Position numbers and translations under genes: made by a program
Shown here: one piece after another, positions 8,199 through 17,317 of the stretch
How the letters are laid out: every line of letters starts with the position of its first letter
How positions within the stretch are numbered: the stretch's first letter is position 1
The notes under the pieces: model-generated
The model's input: the letters and a program-made list of their open reading frames with translations, nothing else
Databases searched by the model: none
What the model was told of the DNA's origin: nothing
Virus record (IMG/VR): IMGVR_UViG_3300032257_000093
Span: 1-24,036 of that record
Length of the DNA stretch: 24,036 nucleotides
Source: a virus
Lineage: Duplodnaviria > Caudoviricetes
Strand: one strand, 5' to 3'

Positions 8199-8903
8199 AT
8201 GCTAAAAGCAAAACTTACTAACGAGCAATACGACAAAGCCGACGAGAGTCAACAAAATCTATACAAAAAAACCAGTGACGGTTACATTCTTCAAGTTGAC
8301 GGCATGGTCAGCAGTGAAGATTTTCAGTTACAAAAAGATAAAGTAAACGAGTTTAGAGAAAACAACGTAAAATACAGCAAACAATTAGACGGCATTACGC
8401 CGGAAGAGTTAAGCGAATTCAAGGCCAATAAGCAAAAAGCGTTAGATAAATCTTTTATTGACGCCAATGATATCGACGGATTGGTTAATTCTAAAGTGAA
8501 TGTTATAACGTCTGATTTTGAGGCCAAACTGCAAGCGGCTAACGAGCGAGGCGATAAATACAAAAATTTATCCATTAGCACTACTAAAAAGTATGAGATT
8601 GAGGGCGCTACCAGTAAAGCGTTAGGCGCTCATAAGATTAGGCCAGATTTTAATGAGGCGGTCAATCTAATGGTTAGCGATAAATTCACTGTTAATAATG
8701 GCGCGGTAGTGGCTATGGATGGCGATCAAATATTAACCGGTGCAAACGGCAATCTAACGGTTGATGAATTTGTAGGAAGTCTTTCAGAGTCTTACAAAAT
8801 ACAATCAAACGGTGGTGGCGGTCAGGGTGGTGGAGGTCCAACCGGTACAGATAAGACTAGTCAACAAAAAATAGCGTCTGGATTGGCGAATTTAATCAAA
8901 TAA
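8199..8903 (+). CDS. Capsid scaffolding protein
   Basis: Located before the MCP; 'LY.....GYILQVDG' N-terminus, coiled-coil centre, 'SNGGGGQGG' C-terminal motif; RBS GAGG. Confidence 0.8.
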   Translation: MLKAKLTNEQYDKADESQQNLYKKTSDGYILQVDGMVSSEDFQLQKDKVNEFRENNVKYSKQLDGITPEELSEFKANKQKALDKSFIDANDIDGLVNSKVNVITSDFEAKLQAANERGDKYKNLSISTTKKYEIEGATSKALGAHKIRPDFNEAVNLMVSDKFTVNNGAVVAMDGDQILTGANGNLTVDEFVGSLSESYKIQSNGGGGQGGGGPTGTDKTSQQKIASGLANLIK

Positions 8904-8975
8904 TAGACTATTTAACCAGTTAGTTGTACAATTGACTATAAAGTATCGGTGATGCTTAAAAAACACTAACTAGCG

Positions 8976-9004
8976 GCGCTAGGATTTATTATAAATCTTG
9001 GCGC
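8976..9004 (+). promoter_or_regulatory. 13-bp stem-loop in the capsid gene leader
   Basis: GCGCTAGGATTTA-TTA-TAAATCTTGGCGC with two G-U pairs; a second hairpin AAGTATC-GGT-GATGCTT lies at 8941-8957. Confidence 0.5.
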
Positions 9005-9042
9005 GTCTTGTGCCTTGAAAATTTAACTTTGAGGTACAAAAA

Positions 9043-9978
9043 ATGGCTACTACATTAGCAGAAGCGGCAAAATTAATTAACAATGAATTGGTGGCAGGAG
9101 TTGCCGAGGATATTGTCACAACGAATCCATCATGGAACGCGATCCCTTGGTTGGGATTTGACGGTCAAGCGGTTGTTTATAATCGTGAGAATGCGTTAGG
9201 CGATGCGGAACATTTAGCAGTAGCGGGGACGATTACCGCGAAAGCAGCAATGACCAATACGTCGGTTACATACCTACCAACAACCACAATAGGCGATGCA
9301 GAGTTAAACGGCTTAGTCAATGCTACTTCGGCAAGCGCTGGTGTAGATCAAATGGGCGCAGAAGTATCAAGCAAAGCTAAATCAGTCGGACGATTACTTC
9401 AAACAGGTCTAGCAATCGGTGACGGTTCAGCGCCTAATATGAATTCGTTACATACTCTTTGTGATGCATCCCAATATACAACAGCTTCAGCGGGTCAGGC
9501 TCTAAGCTTTGCATTGCTTGACGAATTACTTGATTTAGTTAAGGCTAAAGATGGTGAAGTCGATTATATCATGGCTCCGAGTCGTACTATTCGGTCATAT
9601 AAAGCGCTTGTTCGTACTTTAGGTGGTGTAAACGAAACTATGGCGTTTACTATGCCAAATGGGACGAGTAGAACAGTTTCAGCCTATGAGGGAGTGCCAA
9701 TCTTTCAAAACGATTATCTTTCTATTGTTGAGACAGCTAACGGCGCAGCAGTAACGGGTGGCGCTTTAACCTCTGTTTATGCTGGTTGTTGGGATGATGG
9801 CACGAAGAAAATCGGCGCAGCGATGATCTATCCAAACGGCGTACCAATGGGTATTCAAGTGGAAGCTATCGGCGCTAAAGAAGCTAAAGATGAATCTATC
9901 GTTAGAGTTAAAAGTTATTCTAACTTTGCTAACTTCAATAGACGCGGTTTAGCCAGATTACCTTCAATCAATAACTAG
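9043..9978 (+). CDS. Major capsid protein (HK97 fold)
   Basis: 311 aa after the scaffold; RBS GAGG; 'TLAEAAKL...L.AGV.E.I', 'YNRE..L', 'LDELLD.V' and 'YEGVPIF..D' motifs; followed by a terminator. Confidence 0.9.
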   Translation: MATTLAEAAKLINNELVAGVAEDIVTTNPSWNAIPWLGFDGQAVVYNRENALGDAEHLAVAGTITAKAAMTNTSVTYLPTTTIGDAELNGLVNATSASAGVDQMGAEVSSKAKSVGRLLQTGLAIGDGSAPNMNSLHTLCDASQYTTASAGQALSFALLDELLDLVKAKDGEVDYIMAPSRTIRSYKALVRTLGGVNETMAFTMPNGTSRTVSAYEGVPIFQNDYLSIVETANGAAVTGGALTSVYAGCWDDGTKKIGAAMIYPNGVPMGIQVEAIGAKEAKDESIVRVKSYSNFANFNRRGLARLPSINN

Positions 9979-9989
9979 TATTCTCCTTT

Positions 9990-10017
9990 GGGTTAGGCGA
10001 AAGTTTAACCCTTTTTT
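9990..10017 (+). terminator. Rho-independent terminator after the MCP
   Basis: GGGTTAGGC-GAAA-GTTTAACCC followed by TTTTTT. Confidence 0.85.
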
Positions 10018-10040
10018 ACTTACAATTAGAAGGTATAAAA

Positions 10041-10229
10041 ATGTCAAACAAGCAACAGCAAAAATCTAATTTAGTTGATATCGTATTCGATGTTAAGTCA
10101 TTAGGCGCAGACATGAACGATACAAGAATCTTTGGTATTGAAGTTAAGCAAATCAAAAAAGGCAAGCTTGGCGGAAAATGTGAACGCGAAGTAAAAGAAG
10201 CTTTAGAAGACGCCGGGAAATGTGACTAA
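10041..10229 (+). CDS. Hypothetical small head-associated protein
   Basis: 62 aa, RBS GAAGG, TAATG-coupled to the adaptor gene. Confidence 0.7.
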   Translation: MSNKQQQKSNLVDIVFDVKSLGADMNDTRIFGIEVKQIKKGKLGGKCEREVKEALEDAGKCD

Positions 10230-10711
10230 TGGCTCTAACGATTGAAGATGGCTCAATAGTATCCGGCGCAAATAGCTACATCACAGACGCTGAATTCACA
10301 GCTTATGCAGACGCTAGAAGCGTTACTTACGCGGCTACAGCTGAATTAAGAGAACCCTTTATTATTAAAGCGATGGATTACTTAGAGTCATTTGAGTATG
10401 ACGGCTACAGGGTTGAGCCAGACAATCAATTATTTAATTTTCCAAGACATACTATTTACGCTAACGGGCGATGGATAGTTTCAACGACAATACCAAGAGA
10501 AATTAAAAACGCACAAATCGAGGCGGCAATAGCGGCAATATCTCAAGACTTACTAATAACGTCCACCAACCAAAATATACAAAAAGAAAAGTTAGATGTT
10601 ATGGAAGTATCTTATTTTAGTAGGGGTAAAAATTCAAAAGTGAGACTAGATAGTGTTAACCGTTGGCTATGTCCTTTTTTAATAGATACTGCAAAATTAG
10701 TCAGGGTTTAA
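10229..10711 (+). CDS. Head-tail adaptor (family often annotated 'DnaT-like')
   Basis: 'MAL.IEDGS...GANSY.T..E...YA..R' start, 'FPR' and 'IP.EIK.AQ.E.A' motifs; position after the MCP. Confidence 0.82.
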   Translation: MALTIEDGSIVSGANSYITDAEFTAYADARSVTYAATAELREPFIIKAMDYLESFEYDGYRVEPDNQLFNFPRHTIYANGRWIVSTTIPREIKNAQIEAAIAAISQDLLITSTNQNIQKEKLDVMEVSYFSRGKNSKVRLDSVNRWLCPFLIDTAKLVRV

Positions 10712-10712
10712 T

Positions 10713-11084
10713 GTGGGCCTATTAGCTACATTCACAACTTTAGCGGATGAAATGCTAAATGCAACATTTGACGAGTTTAATGCACCCGTTGAAATATTTA
10801 GCTTTACCACTTTTGACGATGGTCAAGGTGGTGAGACTTCAAGGTTAACAAGTTTCGCAAGTGTAGACGCTTTTATATTCCCAATGACTGGAACGGAAAA
10901 GATTCAGTCAGGGAGATTAATTACAGATCAATTATTCAAGTGTCACTTAAAAACGATTAGCGGGTTATCAACAGAAATGAAATTGGTTTATGACTCAGAA
11001 GATTATCAAATTAGATCAATAGAAGATATCGCGCAAGCTAGCATTTGGACAAAGTTAACTATTGAAAAAGGCGTTAGGCAATGA
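10713..11084 (+). CDS. Head closure protein (SPP1 gp16-like)
   Basis: GTG start; 'DGQGG', 'G.EK', 'M.L.YD...Y.I.SI' motifs; synteny. Confidence 0.75.
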   Translation: MGLLATFTTLADEMLNATFDEFNAPVEIFSFTTFDDGQGGETSRLTSFASVDAFIFPMTGTEKIQSGRLITDQLFKCHLKTISGLSTEMKLVYDSEDYQIRSIEDIAQASIWTKLTIEKGVRQ

Positions 11085-11521
11085 CCGGTTCAATAGCTAT
11101 CGAAGGTGAGCAGTTATTGCAAAGAGCTTTAAATAGTTTTGCTTTAGATTTAGATAGGGCAGTTGATGACGCGGTAAGAATAACGGCTATCGAGGTTAAC
11201 AAGGAGGCTATTCGATTAATCAAAGAGCCGAGCACTAGTGGAAATTTTGTACAACGAACCAAAGATGGAAAAAAGCACGAGATCAGCAAGAGCGGCGACG
11301 CACCAAACAGCGACACAGGGCGATTGATAGGGAGTGTTACATTCTCGCACCGAAAAGGCTCTAAATTTGCGCTAGTGGGTACGAATTTAGATTACGGCGC
11401 TATCTTAGAGACAGAAAGAAATAGACCGTGGTTAGAGCCTGCCAAAGAGTCTAAAACAAAAGACTTTAGCGACAACATGAAAAAAGCGATTGATATTCAA
11501 GTTAAAAAGGCCGGTAAATGA
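11081..11521 (+). CDS. HK97 gp10-like tail completion/neck protein
   Basis: 'H..S..G.AP.SDTGRL..S' and 'Y...LE....RPWL.PA' motifs. Confidence 0.82.
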   Translation: MTGSIAIEGEQLLQRALNSFALDLDRAVDDAVRITAIEVNKEAIRLIKEPSTSGNFVQRTKDGKKHEISKSGDAPNSDTGRLIGSVTFSHRKGSKFALVGTNLDYGAILETERNRPWLEPAKESKTKDFSDNMKKAIDIQVKKAGK

Positions 11522-11904
11522 ACGAAATATTTAAAGCTGTTTTCAATAGGTTGGTTGATCAGCTTGATATTGATGTATTCGATCACGTACCACAAAATTA
11601 CAACAGCTTTCCTTACGTGAGAATTGATCCATTAGCGACAAGTAATAGTGATACAGAGTTAGAGCTAGGCTTTGATTCAACGGTTCAAATCATTGTTTTT
11701 AGTGATTACAAAGGCTCAAAAGAAGTAGCAGACGAGAACTATAATATCTATCAAGCATTACATAGGTACGCAATGCCAGATACAGCCAGTTTTTGCATTA
11801 CAACCATACAGCAAGAATTTAGCACAGTAGTTTTAGAAAGTGACGGAATAACTAGACAGAGTATTCAACGGTTTAGAATACTTTTTGAAGATTTACCAGT
11901 TTAA
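11518..11904 (+). CDS. Tail terminator (DUF3168-like)
   Basis: 'VFDHVPQ...FPYV.I', 'S.YKG.KE', 'DG.TR..I.RFR' motifs. Confidence 0.82.
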   Translation: MNEIFKAVFNRLVDQLDIDVFDHVPQNYNSFPYVRIDPLATSNSDTELELGFDSTVQIIVFSDYKGSKEVADENYNIYQALHRYAMPDTASFCITTIQQEFSTVVLESDGITRQSIQRFRILFEDLPV

Positions 11905-11921
11905 CAAAAGAGGGTTTTAAA

Positions 11922-12317
11922 ATGAGCGTAGATATAAAAATGGTTGGTACTGATGTAACTGGTACTTATGGCGGTGCGGCATTGGTCGGCACTGTATCAA
12001 AAAGTATTAACTTTAATGGCGAACTTTTAGATGTGACAGACGAGGCAGCGGGCGGGTGGCAATCACTCGCAGCGGTTCACGGCGTTAAGTCTTTAGAGTT
12101 TCCAATTAGCGGACCATTGAAAAACCTTGAATTGGTTGGTCTGTATTTTGGCTCAAGTCAAGCAGTTGAGATTGTCTGGACTTTTCCAGATGGATCAACA
12201 ATAACCGCCGATGGCGTTTTAAGTAATTTATCAGCCGGTGGTGACGCTAACACGCCTTACACATGGGATGCTTCATTTGCTTCAAGTGGTACACCTACAT
12301 GGGCTGCAGGCACATAA
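11922..12317 (+). CDS. Major tail (tube) protein, TP901-1/GTA-like
   Basis: 131 aa; 'E.LDVTD....GW..L...G.KS....SG' and C-terminal 'ASF.SSG'; RBS GAGGG. Confidence 0.85.
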   Translation: MSVDIKMVGTDVTGTYGGAALVGTVSKSINFNGELLDVTDEAAGGWQSLAAVHGVKSLEFPISGPLKNLELVGLYFGSSQAVEIVWTFPDGSTITADGVLSNLSAGGDANTPYTWDASFASSGTPTWAAGT

Positions 12318-12661
12318 TGAGCATTAGAAAACCGATTGATTTATCTTGGAATGGTGAGAGCAAAAAACTAGTAATCACCATGTTAATTGGCGAACGGATT
12401 CAAAACGAGATAGGTTTGATGAAGTTGGCCAAAATCAGCCAAGAAGATCCAGATTTTTACATGATTTCAAAATTCTTTTATATTTTGATGGACGAAGCTG
12501 GGTTTACTGTCACATGGGAGAGTGTTTTCGATAATATGTTTGATGTTAGCAAAAAAGATAATAAAGCTTTACTTGGTATTATGGCGGACATTATGCCGAT
12601 GCTGTTACCTAACTTTAAAACAGCAAAAAAAAAGACAGTAACGCGAAAAAAGAAAAAGTAG
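12317..12661 (+). CDS. Tail assembly chaperone (gpG-like)
   Basis: Lies between the tail tube and TMP; start reassigned to ATG 12317 (TAATG coupling, MSIRKPIDL...); ends in slippery A-runs. Confidence 0.8.
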   Translation: MSIRKPIDLSWNGESKKLVITMLIGERIQNEIGLMKLAKISQEDPDFYMISKFFYILMDEAGFTVTWESVFDNMFDVSKKDNKALLGIMADIMPMLLPNFKTAKKKTVTRKKKK

Positions 12662-12879
12662 ATCTAGATGCCCCTTATCCACTAGGGGACGTTTATTCTT
12701 TAATCGTTGGTCATTACGGTGTCATTGCTTCTGAATATTGGAAAATGACTATAGCGGAATGTGAACTAATACACGAGGCAAAAAGAAGCAAAATGATTGG
12801 ATCAGTTCACGAAGACGATTACGAGAAAGCGCAAAAGCGCGGTGAAGAGTTAGAAGCTCAAGGCTATAAGGTTCTCTAA
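12628..12879 (+). CDS. gpT-like extension reached by -1 programmed ribosomal frameshift (gpGT)
   Basis: In-frame A AAA AAG heptamers at 12628-12634 and 12646-12652; the -1 frame stays open to TAA 12877-12879 and encodes ...YPLGDVYSLIVGHYGVIASEYWKMTIAECELI..., containing the typical E[FY]W-x-MT-x-x-E motif. Confidence 0.85.
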   Translation, partial: KKDSNAKKEKVDLDAPYPLGDVYSLIVGHYGVIASEYWKMTIAECELIHEAKRSKMIGSVHEDDYEKAQKRGEELEAQGYKVL

Positions 12880-14837
12880 TGGCTGAAACTGTAATAGGTG
12901 CACTAAGCGTAAAAATCACAGCCGACACAAAAGGCGTACAAGATGGCCTTAAAGCCACCGGTGATGCGCTAAAGCTATCTGGCGAAAAACTACGAAGCAA
13001 TGCCAATAAATGGGGCAAGTGGGCTGCGGCAGCAACAGTCGCGGCGGCGGGAGTCGCGACAGCTCTAATCAAATCAAATCTTGGTAATATTAAAGAATTG
13101 AAGGTGCTATCTCAGCGAGCGGATATAAGTGTATCCGACTTTCAACGCATGGCGTTTGGCGCTAAACAATACGGAATAGAGCAAGATAAATTGTCTGACA
13201 TCTTACTTGATTTCAACGATAGGGTTGGCGATTTCGAGATATCCGGCGCGGGTCCAATGGTTGATTTTTTTGAAAAAATTGGACCGTTGACCGGCGTAAC
13301 AATAAAAGATTTCCAAAAACTATCAAGCAAAGAAGGTTTACAACTTTATGTTGAGAGCTTAGAAAAGGCGAATGTATCGCAAAAAGATATGACGTTTTTT
13401 ATGGAGGCTATCGCCTCAGATTCAACTCAGCTACTACCATTGCTAAAAAACAACGGTAAAGCGATGTCAGAGCAAGCCAAAGCAGCAAAAGAGCTTGGTA
13501 TAGGCTTGTCTGACATTGATGTAGAAAAAGCGACACAAGCAAATAAAGCACTTGCTAGAGCTTCCGGCTTAATAGATTCAATGACTCAACAATTTGCAAT
13601 ACAAATGGCTCCAATTGTTACCGGCGTTACAGATTTATTTGTTGATATGGCTAAAGAGGCAGGTGGCGCAAGTAGTTTTATTAAGCAAGGGTTAGATGGC
13701 GTTGTTGATGTAGTAGGTGTTTTTGCTGATGGGCTTCACGGTATTAAAGTTATATTTAAAATTTTAGAGGTTGGAGCAGTTGGCTTTTCGGCATTGGTGG
13801 CGAATGTTTTCGCGGGCATAATTAATTTACAGGCTAATGTTGTAGATTCTTTTACATCCGGTATTAATACAATTATTCAAGCACACAATGAATTTTTAGG
13901 TACTGATTTTGGGTTAATACCCCAGCTCGAAAACTCGGAATTCGTTCAGTCAGTAAACGAGACAGCCGAATCAATGATTGGTTTAGTTTCTCAAACAAAC
14001 GATGAGCTAAGCGCTTTAGCAAATGAAGAACTCCCAAGCGAGGGTATAAAAACCTTTGTCGATACGTCCATTGCTCACTATGATCGTTTAGCAGAAGCTA
14101 CAGCGCTTGCACTCAACCCAATAGGCAGCGAAGGAAACGACGACGAAAGAATACAAAAAAAGCTTGTTTCAATGGAGCAAGAGACAGTTGGAATTTTAGA
14201 AGCTTTAGGTATTAGATACGCAAGCCAAGAAGAGTTGCAAATTGCAGCCAACGAGAGAGAAAGGCAATTAACCGCCGATCAATTAGCAAATGGTGAAATA
14301 ACAAAAATAGCACATGATGAAAAAATGCAATCTTTAACGCAGGCAACAGAAGATGCAAAAAGATCAATTGTACTAAACAGCATTCAACAAGGTTTTCAAG
14401 CTTTAGCAAGCAATAGCAAAAAAGTACAAAAAGCTATGGCGGCAGCGGCAACAGTTCAAGCGATAATAAAAGGTAAGCAGGCGGCTGTTGACGCTTGGCA
14501 GGCGGGAATGTCAACGGGTGGACCTTGGGCACCGGTGGTAGCTGCTAGTTATGCGGCGGCAAGCTTGGCGAATACCGGCTCAATTATTAAATCAATTAAT
14601 TCTGGCAGCAAGTCACAAGGGTCTATAAGCAAAACTGGCTTTTCCGGTGGCGCAAGCCAATCAAGCGGAGCGGCAAGTTCAAGCGATAGCCAACAAGCAG
14701 CACCGCAAGCAAGCAGAAATATTTCAATTAATTTAGCAGGGTCGTCGATGTTTAGTTCTGACTCAGTTAGACAATTAATCACACAAATTAATGAACAAGT
14801 TGGTGACGGCGTAGAGCTTAACCTAGCAGGGGGATAA
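12879..14837 (+). CDS. Tail tape measure protein
   Basis: 652 aa, Ala/Gly-rich and helical; 'IG.L.VKI.AD' N-terminus; position after the chaperones. Confidence 0.92.
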   Translation: MAETVIGALSVKITADTKGVQDGLKATGDALKLSGEKLRSNANKWGKWAAAATVAAAGVATALIKSNLGNIKELKVLSQRADISVSDFQRMAFGAKQYGIEQDKLSDILLDFNDRVGDFEISGAGPMVDFFEKIGPLTGVTIKDFQKLSSKEGLQLYVESLEKANVSQKDMTFFMEAIASDSTQLLPLLKNNGKAMSEQAKAAKELGIGLSDIDVEKATQANKALARASGLIDSMTQQFAIQMAPIVTGVTDLFVDMAKEAGGASSFIKQGLDGVVDVVGVFADGLHGIKVIFKILEVGAVGFSALVANVFAGIINLQANVVDSFTSGINTIIQAHNEFLGTDFGLIPQLENSEFVQSVNETAESMIGLVSQTNDELSALANEELPSEGIKTFVDTSIAHYDRLAEATALALNPIGSEGNDDERIQKKLVSMEQETVGILEALGIRYASQEELQIAANERERQLTADQLANGEITKIAHDEKMQSLTQATEDAKRSIVLNSIQQGFQALASNSKKVQKAMAAAATVQAIIKGKQAAVDAWQAGMSTGGPWAPVVAASYAAASLANTGSIIKSINSGSKSQGSISKTGFSGGASQSSGAASSSDSQQAAPQASRNISINLAGSSMFSSDSVRQLITQINEQVGDGVELNLAGG

Positions 14838-16946
14838 ATGGCACTTACAACAAAACCAGAAGCGGCGGTCAGCGCGCCGAATAGCAAAACAGCGGTTAGC
14901 GCATCAACGGCAGCGATCCCGAATAGCAAAACAGCCGTATCAGCGGCAGCGGCAGCAATACCGAATTCTAAGACGACGGTGTCAGCGGCAGCGGCAGCTA
15001 TTCCAAATAGTAAAACAACCGTATCAGCAGCAACATCGGCTATACCAAACACAAAAACGGCGGTATCAGCGGCTACAGCAGCAATACCAAACGCAAAAAC
15101 AACCGTTGCGGAGGCGGGATTTCCAAGGGCTTTAACACCATTGGTTAATATGGATTTTGCGGCGGGTTGTTATTCTCAATGTGGAAGCCCTGTTTTATTC
15201 GATGATTTATTCACATACTCAAGAAGCTCAAGCGCGTCATTTATCAATCGTCGAATTGGCTGTAATGGCGGATATGAATATTTCCTTGATGCTGATTATG
15301 TTGGTGATGTTGAGAATTTGGTCACTTATAGCGAGCAGTTTGACAATTCCGACTGGACGAAACTCAACGCAACTATAACAGCTGATACAGTGAACAATCC
15401 AGTCGACGGGATGAGAACCGCCGACAAATTTAGCGCCGGTTCAACAGCGACAATTGAGCCGCGCTTTCAGCAAAGCCAGACCACAGTAGTATCAAGCCAA
15501 TACACGCACACATTGAGAGTAAAAAAGTCCGAGGCCACATTCATACAGATATGGTACAGCTCCGCTCATGTGGCGAACAATCCAAGAGTAAATTTTGACA
15601 TAGCTAATGGTGTTATAGGGTCCATTAATAGTGACATTGATGAGGCGTCAATTAAAAATGTAGGCGATGGGTTTTATGAAATATCATCTACAGTGACAGC
15701 GGCAGATACGACTTTGCAGGCTAGATTTTCACTGATTAAATCTTCATCAGATGCACGAGCAGTTACTAATTCATGGACCGCCGGTGATGGAGTTCACGTC
15801 TTTGGCGCACAGATGACCGAATCGGCTAAACCATTGCCATACGTTAAAACAATATCAACAGCCGTGACGGAAACATTCGCTGAAACTTTACGTACTGAAT
15901 ATGATCCGGAAACGGGCGCTGAATTAGGCGCGTTGATTGAGGGATCTAATACTAACTTACAAGTGAGAAGCGAGGAATTTGATAACGCGTCATGGTCTAA
16001 AACATCGGTTACTATTACACCAAACGAAATCAAAGCGCCTGACGACACACGCAGCGCTGATAAAATAGTTCCTGATAACGCTGCTAACGGGTTTGTTTCC
16101 GATCAAATTAGCTTTACAAGTGGCGAGCAGTACACTGCTTCAATATACGCTAAATCTGGAGAATTTGACGAGCTTGTCATGTTAGCAAATTCAGCATGGG
16201 CGGGGACGGTTCAATTTACAACTTTCAATCTATCAACCGTTACCAATACAGACGATGCGACTAACCCACCAGACGATTCAAACATAGAACATATTGGTAA
16301 CGGTTGGTATCGGTGTTCTATAACTGTGACAGCCACTAGCACAACAACAAGCTCTTTTCAGCATGTTCGAATTTTAGATGGCGACGGATCAAGCGGCCTT
16401 TATATTTGGGGCGCTCAAGTTGAAGAATCGGCATTTGCAACATCATATATAAGAACAGAGTCATCAAGTGTTACTAGAGCTGCTGATGATTTGAGCATCT
16501 CAAACGCGGGAAATATCCCGTCTGGTGGCGACATGTCAGTTAGCGCTATCGGTGGGTATATTGGCGGGGCAGACGCTACACCCGTAGGTAGATATATTTA
16601 TGATGTCAATGAGATCGGATCGGGTAGGTCTTACTTTTTCACGTCAAACACTGGTAGCGCATCGTTTAGGAATGGTGGAGCCGCATTGACGATGTTTAGC
16701 GCTGATCAGGATGACCGATTTGAACAGGTTGGTGTTTTTGCGTCAACAAGTAATTTGTTGTCTGGATATGATAGCGGTGTTGCTGCAAATCCAGCCATTG
16801 ACGCCGGTGAGAGTTTTTTTGTTGATGCTGGTAGCTTCACGGGGATAGGTTCATCAAGAGCAAACACAACACACCTTTACGGTCATATCAAAACACTATC
16901 AATCTACGACAAAGCACTAACAGCGCAAGAGGTATCATTACTATGA
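14838..16946 (+). CDS. Fibre/spike-like virion protein: 14-aa repeat stalk, two carbohydrate-binding-like modules and a C-terminal LamG/ConA-like domain
   Basis: Duplicated 'NL...SE.FDN..W.K ... G.G[FW]Y..S ... G..[VI][FW]GAQ..ES....Y..T' modules; C-terminal 'GHIK.L.IYDKALT..E' typical of LamG-like ends. Confidence 0.7.
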   Translation: MALTTKPEAAVSAPNSKTAVSASTAAIPNSKTAVSAAAAAIPNSKTTVSAAAAAIPNSKTTVSAATSAIPNTKTAVSAATAAIPNAKTTVAEAGFPRALTPLVNMDFAAGCYSQCGSPVLFDDLFTYSRSSSASFINRRIGCNGGYEYFLDADYVGDVENLVTYSEQFDNSDWTKLNATITADTVNNPVDGMRTADKFSAGSTATIEPRFQQSQTTVVSSQYTHTLRVKKSEATFIQIWYSSAHVANNPRVNFDIANGVIGSINSDIDEASIKNVGDGFYEISSTVTAADTTLQARFSLIKSSSDARAVTNSWTAGDGVHVFGAQMTESAKPLPYVKTISTAVTETFAETLRTEYDPETGAELGALIEGSNTNLQVRSEEFDNASWSKTSVTITPNEIKAPDDTRSADKIVPDNAANGFVSDQISFTSGEQYTASIYAKSGEFDELVMLANSAWAGTVQFTTFNLSTVTNTDDATNPPDDSNIEHIGNGWYRCSITVTATSTTTSSFQHVRILDGDGSSGLYIWGAQVEESAFATSYIRTESSSVTRAADDLSISNAGNIPSGGDMSVSAIGGYIGGADATPVGRYIYDVNEIGSGRSYFFTSNTGSASFRNGGAALTMFSADQDDRFEQVGVFASTSNLLSGYDSGVAANPAIDAGESFFVDAGSFTGIGSSRANTTHLYGHIKTLSIYDKALTAQEVSLL
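14877..15113 (+). repeat. Tandem 42-bp (14-aa) coding repeat, about 5.5 copies (PN[STA]KT[AT]VSAAxAAI)
   Basis: Visible in the translation; synonymous codons differ between copies. Confidence 0.9.
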
Positions 16947-17317
16947 AGCAATTTATATTAAAAATACCAGAAGGTACGAACGCGGAAGATTTCAGCGAAG
17001 AATTACAAGACGCCGTTAAATCTGTCAATGGGTCGTTCCCAGCAGGTCGCGTGATAGGCTCTCAAACGGTTGATGGTTATGATATCAAGTTAGTTATGGC
17101 TAATGCTGATAAAGTGTCACTAGATAGCATGTTTGAGCTTTTATCGCTAGACTGGGACGTTTTAGCGGAGGAAGGTGAGCCAAACGACGAAAGTTTGATT
17201 TTACCTTATTTAATTGATAAATCGATACTAGACGAAGACGGCGAGCAAATCAGCCTAGAGTCTCAATCAATTGACTATTTGCAAACTTTCGCGGGTCACA
17301 AATGGGAGTGGCTATAA
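16943..17317 (+). CDS. Acidic partner/chaperone of the fibre protein
   Basis: 124 aa, ATGA overlap; ends in QTFAGHKW, similar to the F-x-G-W/H ends of small proteins that follow phage fibre genes. Confidence 0.55.
   Translation: MKQFILKIPEGTNAEDFSEELQDAVKSVNGSFPAGRVIGSQTVDGYDIKLVMANADKVSLDSMFELLSLDWDVLAEEGEPNDESLILPYLIDKSILDEDGEQISLESQSIDYLQTFAGHKWEWL

Noticed and set aside
8932-8960. Sigma70 promoter from TTGACT upstream of the MCP
   Set aside because: No convincing -10 hexamer at 16-18 bp spacing.
10229-10711. DnaT primosomal protein
   Set aside because: The family label is misleading; position between the MCP and head closure gene indicates a head-tail adaptor.
12263-12316. ORF-track start for the tail chaperone
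   Set aside because: Overlaps the tail tube gene by 55 nt; ATG 12317 with TAATG coupling is more plausible.
14877-15113. CRISPR array
   Set aside because: The repeats are contiguous coding 42-mers with synonymous variation and no spacers.
15157-15378. 73-aa alternative-frame ORF inside the fibre gene
   Set aside because: TTG start, no RBS, fully nested.
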